Positions 48,791 through 55,562 of a DNA stretch of 64,000 nt are shown piece by piece (the first letter of the stretch is position 1; each line of letters begins with the position of its first letter). Origin of the DNA: Candidatus Omnitrophota bacterium. Its GTDB lineage: Bacteria; Omnitrophota; Omnitrophia; Omnitrophales; Aquincolibacteriaceae. The DNA lies in assembly GCA_043732705.1 (NCBI GenBank), contig JAYTHE010000032.1:66005-130004 (forward strand), given 5' to 3'. Both the position numbers and the translations under genes were made by a program. The notes under the pieces are model-generated. The model ran no database searches. It was given only the letters and a program-made list of their open reading frames with translations, and was not told the DNA's origin.

Positions 48791-50149
48791 ATGAATAAAA
48801 CTGTTCTTGTTGTGGATGATGACAGTCGAATCGCGAATCTCATTTCGACTCGCTTAAAGAAGCAAGGATATTTGCCCGTGATTGTTGAAGATGGCAACAG
48901 CGCGATTGAATGGGTCGAGCGTAATGAAGCGGCATTGATTATGTTGGATGTCCGGCTTCCAGATATTAACGGTGTTGATGTGTTAAGACAAATCATCAAA
49001 AAGAAACCGGGTCTATTTGTAATTATGATTAGTGCGCATGCGGACGTTCAAAACGCGGTGGAATGTATCAAAATCGGAGCCACGGACTTTCTTGAAAAGC
49101 CGTTTGAATTTCCTACCTTTGACGCAAAAGTGAAGCAGATTTTTCAGCAGCTGGGATTAAAGGCCGAGGTTGCCGCTTTAAAACAGGAATTAGGAATTAC
49201 TTATAAAGATAAAAGTTTAATCGGAAAAAGCCCCGCGATGATTAAGGTTTTTCAATCGATTGGCATCGCGGCAAAAAGTGAAGCCAGTGTCTTGATTCAC
49301 GGAGAAAGCGGAACAGGAAAAGAGCTTGTTTCAAGAGCAATTCATTTTAACGGGACACAAAAACAGGGCCCTTTTATGGCGGTGAATTGCGGAGCCATTC
49401 CGGAAAACCTTCTTGAAAGTGAATTATTTGGACATGAGAAGGGATCTTTTACGGGCGCGGTAGGCCGTAAGCTGGGAAAATTCGAGGAAGCGCAAAACGG
49501 AACTATATTTTTAGATGAAATCGGGGAAATGCCACTGTCATTGCAGGTTAAATTGCTGCGGGTGCTGCAAGAGCGAGAAATCGTCCGCGTGGGCGGAACG
49601 GTCTCCATTCCCATTCATGCCCGCTTTATTACGGCGACAAACCGCGATTTAAAGAAAATGGTGCAAGAAGGGTTGTTCCGCGAAGATCTTTATTACCGGA
49701 TCAATGTATTTCCGATTCGTTTGCCGCCCTTACGCGAAAGAAAAGAGGATATTACAGATCTTTTCCGCCACTTCGTAAACCGGCATAGCGAAGGCAAAGC
49801 GTCGGTTAAGACAGATGAAGGCGCGTTAAGAAGACTGGAAGAGTATGACTGGCCCGGAAATATCCGCGAGCTAGAAAATTTTGTCGAACGTCTTTTGCTT
49901 TTATTGGGAGAAAAAAATCACATTACCGAAAAAGATATCGATGCTATGGATGGATTAAGCGATGCTCCTGCTTCAGAAAAAGCCGAAGCGCCTAAAGAAA
50001 GAGCTCAGGTGTTGGGCGAGACGGAGCGGGCAATTCTTGAAAAGGCATTGCAAGACGCCAATGGTAATATTGCTAAGGCTTCTAAGCTTGTTCAGATGAG
50101 CCGTGATTCTTTTTATCGGAAGATGAAAAAATATTCAATTGCCCGGTAA
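48791..50149 (+). CDS. sigma-54-dependent response regulator (NtrC family: REC - AAA+ - Fis-type HTH)
   Basis: GESGTGKE Walker A, GSFTGA (GAFTGA-type) motif, C-terminal HTH. Confidence 0.9.
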   Translation: MNKTVLVVDDDSRIANLISTRLKKQGYLPVIVEDGNSAIEWVERNEAALIMLDVRLPDINGVDVLRQIIKKKPGLFVIMISAHADVQNAVECIKIGATDFLEKPFEFPTFDAKVKQIFQQLGLKAEVAALKQELGITYKDKSLIGKSPAMIKVFQSIGIAAKSEASVLIHGESGTGKELVSRAIHFNGTQKQGPFMAVNCGAIPENLLESELFGHEKGSFTGAVGRKLGKFEEAQNGTIFLDEIGEMPLSLQVKLLRVLQEREIVRVGGTVSIPIHARFITATNRDLKKMVQEGLFREDLYYRINVFPIRLPPLRERKEDITDLFRHFVNRHSEGKASVKTDEGALRRLEEYDWPGNIRELENFVERLLLLLGEKNHITEKDIDAMDGLSDAPASEKAEAPKERAQVLGETERAILEKALQDANGNIAKASKLVQMSRDSFYRKMKKYSIAR

Positions 50150-50467
50150 GTCTTATAACAAGAACGGCTGTTATCTCCATTTGTGCTTAAAACGCGCTAT
50201 GCGATGCGTTAAAGTCCGCTATTGCTAAGCTGGATGGGGCCGCGCTGAATTTTCCAGCCTGCATGGCTTCCCAAGGCTTTTCCTTCCTAGTCCGACAATT
50301 GCAAAAAACCGTCAGAGCCCTCTGACACTATTTTCTTAATTGAGATTTTTTCAAAAGACGTTTTTTTCTTAAGTTGTTTATCTGTATGAAGATATGACTT
50401 TGGCATGCGCCGTGGATATACAGAGTCAACGGAATGAAATACGTGAGGGAAAAAGGAGGGCTTGTTT

Positions 50468-51049
50468 ATGGAAAAGAGTCATTACGAACAAATCAAAAAT
50501 AATAATAATTTCAATTCATCGACGAGGGGATCCAAACGCAGACCACCGATGCAAAGTGAGTTTGATGAGCCTAAATTATCCTATTGCGATGTCCCTCAGC
50601 CGGCTGTAAGTGCTTGCGGGATAGCTCAATCGACAAATGCGCAAGCCTGTGATCAAACAGCTTATTCACGCTCGCAAGGAACTTCTGATCAGACTTTTAA
50701 AAATAAAAAAGATCAGAAAGACGCTGTGTCCCGTGAAGACTGGGAAGGCGGCGGGTCGCGTCCCGCGGCAGCATTCTCAGACGAAATGTTTCCCCATAAT
50801 AACCCTGCAAATGACTTACAGACACAAGCTGACAGTGTTCCAAAAGCTAAATATGGCGACTTTGGGCCGCCTAAAAATCTTCAATCGCTTCCGACCCAAA
50901 ATACGCATGAGCTGGCTGCGGAAGAGGAGCTTGATGATGAAGTGCGTGTAAAAGCAGCGAAGAACTCCGGAGAAGAAGTCCATTGGAACGAAAGAGCGGA
51001 CCGCCTTAAAAAGCGGGGAGAAGATTATAGAGGGCGTCGCAGTGCTTAG
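50468..51049 (+). CDS. intrinsically disordered hydrophilic protein, SREDWEGG / GPPKNLQSLPTQNTH family, paralog 2
   Basis: Shares SREDWEGGGSRP and GPPKNLQSLPTQNTH blocks with 38358..38699; RBS aaaggaggg. Confidence 0.55.
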   Translation: MEKSHYEQIKNNNNFNSSTRGSKRRPPMQSEFDEPKLSYCDVPQPAVSACGIAQSTNAQACDQTAYSRSQGTSDQTFKNKKDQKDAVSREDWEGGGSRPAAAFSDEMFPHNNPANDLQTQADSVPKAKYGDFGPPKNLQSLPTQNTHELAAEEELDDEVRVKAAKNSGEEVHWNERADRLKKRGEDYRGRRSA

Positions 51050-51155
51050 CATTACGTCCTCGGCGGAGAGTCAAGCTCCGCGTCAACCGAAGGAGATGGC
51101 GGGCTTCAAAAGCAGTAGTCCCGCCGCTCTTCTCGGAATAGTTAAGGAGGCTGTT

Positions 51156-51545
51156 ATGAATGAACGGATTTTAGTCATCGAAAACAGAGGGCCTAGCTAT
51201 CAAATTTTGAAGGATAAGTTGGAAGAAAAAGGCTGCGTTGTTTTAACGGCTCAAAACGAACACGAGTTTTGGGGGCATGCTTGCGAGACGAATGTTGAAT
51301 TAGTTCTTTTTGATATTTGCCTCAAGAACCGGCTCAGTTCCGAGGTTTACGCGGCAATTTTAAACTTTCAACAAAGCCGAAAAATCCCGGTCATTTTTAA
51401 GACCGGGATGACTGACCAGGACGAACACGGAGCCATGCTGTATGACGAGAACTATATTTTTTTTCCGGAACCGGTTGGTTTTGAGCGTCTCTATGTAGAA
51501 ATACAAAAACTACTTAATCAAAGACAGCTGGCCCATGCTGCCTAA
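51156..51545 (+). CDS. receiver-like single-domain protein with partly degenerate acidic pocket (EN in place of DD)
   Basis: MNERILVIENRGPS...LVLFDICL...IPVIFKTG; RBS aaggagg; paralogous to the other stand-alone receivers. Confidence 0.55.
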   Translation: MNERILVIENRGPSYQILKDKLEEKGCVVLTAQNEHEFWGHACETNVELVLFDICLKNRLSSEVYAAILNFQQSRKIPVIFKTGMTDQDEHGAMLYDENYIFFPEPVGFERLYVEIQKLLNQRQLAHAA

Positions 51546-51557
51546 GAGAAGGAAACA

Positions 51558-52043
51558 ATGAAAAAAATTTTAGTGGTGGATGATGAATGGGCCATTCTTG
51601 AACTTTTACGGATCAAACTTACAAAAAAGGGGTTTGATGTGATTACCGCGAGCAATGAAAAAGAGTTTTTTGAACAGGTTTTTGAAAATAAACCGGATTT
51701 GATTATTTTGGATATTTGGCTCGGGAACGAAGGCGGCGGAACGAAGCTTTATGACGTGGCGCTTGACGGAGGGCTTGATCCGGATGTTCCGGTTATTTTT
51801 ATGAGCGCACTTGTAGAAGAAGGTACGCCGCCCAAAAGAGCGTCCAAGGGAGGGCGTTTTGCTCTGTACGGCAAACCATTCGATTTTAATTTTTTGTTGG
51901 AAGACATTTATTGTTTAACGGGGGTTGAGTCGGGGTTGAATTCGGCGGAAGTTGACAGAGATAGGATTGGGAAGGCTGCAAATTTAGGGAAATATAAAAG
52001 TGGGTCGAATGGCGGGCCAGCCCCGCAGCTAAAAACCGGATAA
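51558..52043 (+). CDS. single-domain response regulator (receiver only) with Gly-rich C-terminal tail
   Basis: ILVVDDEW...IILDIWLGNEGGGTKLY...VPVIFMSAL. Confidence 0.75.
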   Translation: MKKILVVDDEWAILELLRIKLTKKGFDVITASNEKEFFEQVFENKPDLIILDIWLGNEGGGTKLYDVALDGGLDPDVPVIFMSALVEEGTPPKRASKGGRFALYGKPFDFNFLLEDIYCLTGVESGLNSAEVDRDRIGKAANLGKYKSGSNGGPAPQLKTG

Positions 52044-52154
52044 GGAAATGAAAGCAGATCAGGGAAATTTGCATATGTCAACTTAACGAGATTAAGGAGG
52101 AAGCAAAAATGAAATACTTAAAACTAAAAAAAAGAATGGGATTCTATTACAGTC

Positions 52155-52391
52155 ATGGCTTTTGTGATTGCCGTGAGCGTGCTAAGTGGTTGCGCAAGCC
52201 ATTCTAAAATTGTTCATACCGAAACGGTAAGCAATCCGCCGGCACAGACTGTAGTTGTGGAGCAACAAACAACCAAAACAACGGCAGAGAGCCACGACTC
52301 CGGAATTTTAGGTGGAGCTTTCCATGTCGTCGGGGAAGTTTTGGCATTTCCGTTTGTCGTTATCGCAGATGTTTTTCGTTTCATCTTTTAA
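52155..52391 (+). CDS. putative small lipoprotein (start ambiguous; A8 tract and strong RBS upstream)
   Basis: MAFVIAVSVLSGCASHS lipobox; alternative start ATG 52109 lies in another frame across an A8 run. Confidence 0.35.
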   Translation: MAFVIAVSVLSGCASHSKIVHTETVSNPPAQTVVVEQQTTKTTAESHDSGILGGAFHVVGEVLAFPFVVIADVFRFIF

Positions 52392-52411
52392 CAGATAAAA
52401 AGGAGTTATTT

Positions 52412-52645
52412 ATGAAAACTTACGCATCTTTAGGGCTTTTGATCGCAGCGATTGCTTTTTCAGGGTGCAGCGGAGCTTTTTGGGGTGGAACGGCAGCCGG
52501 AGCAGCAGGCGGAGCGGCCGGTTATGAAGTCAATTCCAAAGTGCAAATGGACCGCTTGAATAAGGATCTTGCCGCGGGACGTATCAATCAACAGGAATAT
52601 GACATTCGCAAAGATCAAATTCAACGGGGTTCGGTTTTCTATTAA
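52412..52645 (+). CDS. small lipoprotein with Gly/Ala linker and SHOCT-like C-terminal motif, paralog 2
   Basis: Lipobox FSGC; ...LNKDLAAGRINQQEYDIRKDQIQ; paralog of 38822..39058. Confidence 0.55.
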   Translation: MKTYASLGLLIAAIAFSGCSGAFWGGTAAGAAGGAAGYEVNSKVQMDRLNKDLAAGRINQQEYDIRKDQIQRGSVFY

Positions 52646-52693
52646 TCGCTTTATTCGGTAACAGAACGTTGAAAGCAAAGGAGGCTGGTTACG

Positions 52694-52867
52694 TTGAATT
52701 GGGCAATTAGTTTTTTGATTATCGCATTGGTTGCTGCGATTTTAGGATTTGGAGGTATTGCCGCAACTGCTGTGGATATGGCGAAGGTCGTATTCGTAGT
52801 TTTTCTGGTGCTGGCATTGCTTTCAGGTTTGATCGGCATTTTCCAGGGTAAGGGGCCGCGGGTTTAA
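52694..52867 (+). CDS. DUF1328-family small membrane protein (57 aa)
   Basis: [45 protein letters not shown]; TTG start 10 nt after aaggagg. Confidence 0.6.
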   Translation: MNWAISFLIIALVAAILGFGGIAATAVDMAKVVFVVFLVLALLSGLIGIFQGKGPRV

Positions 52868-52898
52868 ATAAAAAAGAAGAAACAAACAAGGAGGAGTT

Positions 52899-53240
52899 AT
52901 GCAGACACACACTAAGGTAAATGAGAAAAAAGACAAAATTCATGATGCTCTTGAGCTGCTTAATGATGCGGCAAAAGAGAAAAAGGATGAAGTTTTTGAA
53001 GTGATCAACACTAAGTATGAACATGTCCGGGATATGTTCGCAGGCGCTGCCGAAAACGGACAGGCCATTGCAAAGGAAGCCAAGAAGCAGCTTTCAAAAA
53101 CGCTTCAAACGGAAAAGATAAAAATTAAACAAGTCGCGGGCGATCTGAATAAGAAAGTTCACAGAAGCCCATGGGCCTATTTAGGCGGCGCGGCATTAAG
53201 TTCTTTTGTCGTTGGAATTTTACTGGCGCGCAAAAAATGA
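52899..53240 (+). CDS. DUF883 (ElaB/YqjD/YgaM) membrane-anchored stress protein, paralog 1
   Basis: C-terminal PWAYLGGAALSSFVVGILLARKK matches the ElaB tail anchor. Confidence 0.75.
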   Translation: MQTHTKVNEKKDKIHDALELLNDAAKEKKDEVFEVINTKYEHVRDMFAGAAENGQAIAKEAKKQLSKTLQTEKIKIKQVAGDLNKKVHRSPWAYLGGAALSSFVVGILLARKK

Positions 53241-53383
53241 TTCCGACTTATATTGTGGCGCTGCTGGCGGACCTGGCTTTTTTGTTATGGCTCGCCAGCG
53301 GCTTAGCATTCAATTGGTTTGAAGATTTCCTGGGCTCGTCGGAAACGAAAGGAGCTTTTTATGAAAGCGAATCTGGATCTTAA
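53237..53383 (+). CDS. hypothetical small membrane protein (48 aa), translationally coupled to DUF883
   Basis: ATGA overlap with 52899..53240; one hydrophobic helix. Confidence 0.3.
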   Translation: MIPTYIVALLADLAFLLWLASGLAFNWFEDFLGSSETKGAFYESESGS

Positions 53384-53459
53384 CTGCGTCTCTATTTTTT
53401 TGGCAAGGCGAGGGGGATGTTGGTTTTTGATTTTCTGAAAAGCAAAATAAAGGGGATTT

Positions 53460-53585
53460 ATGAATAAACTTATAAAAAAATCACAAAGTGAAAAGGGCGG
53501 ATTAAGAGGCGGGATTTTACTATGGCTGATTGGCGTGCCGTTGCCGCTCATTCTTTTGTTTTCACTTTTACGCGGTTGCCACTAA
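53460..53585 (+). CDS. small KGG-motif (stress-induced) membrane protein, 41 aa
   Basis: MNKLIKKSQSEKGGLRGGILLWLIGVPLPLILLFSLLRGCH; RBS aaagggg. Confidence 0.4.
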   Translation: MNKLIKKSQSEKGGLRGGILLWLIGVPLPLILLFSLLRGCH

Positions 53586-53603
53586 GCGGAGAAGCGGTGA
53601 TCT

Positions 53604-53777
53604 ATGTATGGAGTCATCGGAACCTTGGTTTTAATTCTGGATGTCGCTGTGATCGTCGATTGCCTGCAGTCGCCTATGAGCGCAGCAGAAAAATGCCTTT
53701 GGATCTTTTTGGTTCTGTTTTTGCCTGTCTTAGGCATGCTGCTTTACTTCTTATTGGCGAAACGACCTATTTTATAA
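53604..53777 (+). CDS. PLDc_N-family small membrane protein (57 aa)
   Basis: MYGVIGTLVLILDVAVIVDCLQSPMSAAEKCLWIFLVLFLPVLGMLLYFLLAKRP. Confidence 0.55.
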   Translation: MYGVIGTLVLILDVAVIVDCLQSPMSAAEKCLWIFLVLFLPVLGMLLYFLLAKRPIL

Positions 53778-53839
53778 CGAAAAGAACAGGAAGAATAAAA
53801 AGATGGGCACAGCCAGGATCGAGTCACTTCTTCGGTGCT

Positions 53840-53856
53840 GGGGTAAATGCCCCATA
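53840..53856 (+). promoter_or_regulatory. GGGG-N4-CCCC-ATA regulon motif copy
   Basis: GGGGTAAATGCCCCATA, then 21 nt, then TAAGCT; upstream of the DUF883 paralog at 53953. Confidence 0.5.
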
Positions 53857-53952
53857 TGAACGAAGTCAGTGGAAGGTTAAGCTTGCGTTTACGAAATAAG
53901 GGCTTTTTTGAGGTGAATCACGGAAATTTTAAATAAAAAAGGAAAACATAAT

Positions 53953-54294
53953 ATGACAACTCATTCGAAAGAAAATGAAAAGAAAGACAAAATTCACGAG
54001 GCATTGGAATTGTTGAATGAAGCCGCCAAAGAAAAAAAAGACGAGGTGTATGGCGTGATTAATTCCAAATATGAGCATCTTCGTGAAATGTTTGCCGGCG
54101 CGGTTGAGACAGGGCAGGACTTTGCGGACGACGCGAAGAAAAATATTTCCAAAACACTTTCAGCGGAAGAGAAGAAATTGAAACAAATCGCCGCTCAATG
54201 GGATAAGGAAGTTCGTAAAAATCCTTGGACTTATATCGGCGGAGCGGCGCTTGGCTCGCTTTGTTTGGGGCTTTTACTGGGCCGGAAGAAATAG
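53953..54294 (+). CDS. DUF883 (ElaB/YqjD) membrane-anchored stress protein, paralog 2
   Basis: ~60% identical to 52899..53240; PWTYIGGAALGSLCLGLLLGRKK tail. Confidence 0.75.
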   Translation: MTTHSKENEKKDKIHEALELLNEAAKEKKDEVYGVINSKYEHLREMFAGAVETGQDFADDAKKNISKTLSAEEKKLKQIAAQWDKEVRKNPWTYIGGAALGSLCLGLLLGRKK

Positions 54295-54318
54295 TAAGCA
54301 GTCAACTTGCTAAAAAGG

Positions 54319-54729
54319 ATGTTTATGAAGTTGAAAAATGCTTGGTTTATCGCAGAGCTTTTAGGCGCATTCGGAGTTGTGCAAAAGTACAAGAAAAATA
54401 CGGCAGAGTGGGTGCGGATTCAAACCGCGATGGTTTGGCTTAAGAGTATTGCTTTTGCACGTGATCTTGTGATTTATCAGGTGGGGATTTCAGCTTGCGT
54501 TTTAGTTCTGGTTATTAGTGCGGTTTTGATGGAAGTGGCGTTCATTTTTTGTTTGCCAATGAGCCTGCAATCAAAGATAACCGCTGTCTTCGTAGTGAGC
54601 GGAATTGATTTTGCGGCGGCGTTAAGCTTTCTGGGTTACTTTTTATCTTCTGAGCGTTGGCTTAAGCAGGCGGCCAGTTACAACGCTTGCGTTTCGGAAA
54701 TGATACAGAAAACGAATTCAAAAAAATAA
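54319..54729 (+). CDS. hypothetical inner-membrane protein, YqjE (DUF1469)-like position and size
   Basis: ~135 aa with 2-3 TM segments immediately after a DUF883 gene, as in the E. coli yqjD-yqjE arrangement. Confidence 0.4.
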   Translation: MFMKLKNAWFIAELLGAFGVVQKYKKNTAEWVRIQTAMVWLKSIAFARDLVIYQVGISACVLVLVISAVLMEVAFIFCLPMSLQSKITAVFVVSGIDFAAALSFLGYFLSSERWLKQAASYNACVSEMIQKTNSKK

Positions 54730-54744
54730 AAGAGAGGTATTGAT

Positions 54745-54903
54745 ATGGCAACGTCAACAATTTTACTCATCGTGCTTATAGTATTACTGATTGGCGGATT
54801 GCCGACATGGCCGCATAGCAAGAGTTGGGGATATTATCCTGCCGGCGGAATAGGGACTGTACTTCTGATTGTTTTGATTTTGGCATTGATGGGCCGAATC
54901 TAA
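54745..54903 (+). CDS. DUF3309-family small membrane protein (52 aa)
   Basis: MATSTILLIVLIVLLIGGLPTWPHSKSWGYYPAGGIGTVLLIVLILALMGRI. Confidence 0.6.
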   Translation: MATSTILLIVLIVLLIGGLPTWPHSKSWGYYPAGGIGTVLLIVLILALMGRI

Positions 54904-54941
54904 CATTTTTCAAAACGAAGTACAAAACAGCAGGAGGCTTT

Positions 54942-55469
54942 ATGTTGACTAAGATCGAAGAGAAGAAAACTGAGGTTGCGGTTGGCATTGCAGTCGACAA
55001 GCAGGTTGATATTGCGCTTCCCAAAAATGATCGTAAGGAGCTGGCGCATGCTCTCTCGCTTATATTGGCCGATACGTACGCGCTTTATTTGAAAACTCAA
55101 AACTTTCATTGGAATGTGAAGGGTGCACGTTTTCCATCGTTGCACATTCTTTTTGAAAGCCAATATCTCGAATTAGCGGCTGCGGTGGATTTAATCGCAG
55201 AACGGATCCGGGCGCTTGGATGTCTTGCCCCGGCAAGCTTCAGCGAGTTTGCGAAATTGACCTGTCTAGAAGAGGGCAATTCTCAAATTCCTGCAGCAGA
55301 AATGGTCGCGGTCCTCATGCATGATCACGAACGAGTAGCGCAAAGTATGCGTGCTATAGTGCCTAGGGCAGAGAAGACACATGATCACGCTTCCGTTGAC
55401 CTTCTTTCACAAAGAATATCAACGCATGAAAAGACAGCATGGATGCTTCGCAGCACAAACGAAACCTAA
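54942..55469 (+). CDS. dps: DNA starvation/stationary phase protection protein Dps
   Basis: LKTQNFHWNVKG...HILFESQY ferroxidase-centre region; RBS caggagg before the ATG at 54942. Confidence 0.85.
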   Translation: MLTKIEEKKTEVAVGIAVDKQVDIALPKNDRKELAHALSLILADTYALYLKTQNFHWNVKGARFPSLHILFESQYLELAAAVDLIAERIRALGCLAPASFSEFAKLTCLEEGNSQIPAAEMVAVLMHDHERVAQSMRAIVPRAEKTHDHASVDLLSQRISTHEKTAWMLRSTNET

Positions 55470-55562
55470 GTCAAACCAGATAAGCGTTCGTCTTTAACGG
55501 GCTTTTTTGCGCCGAGTGTAAAGACACAGAGACGAGTTGCTTTTTTTGGGATAGGATGAAGT

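Noticed and set aside
50397-50413. TGGCAT-N5-GTGGA sigma-54-like sequence upstream of disordered paralog 2
   Set aside because: It has the -24 GG but GG instead of the invariant GC at -12. Recorded only as weak.
53522-53899. Track ORF of 125 aa
   Set aside because: It spans two better-supported small genes (KGG peptide, PLDc_N) in another frame and has an improbable composition.
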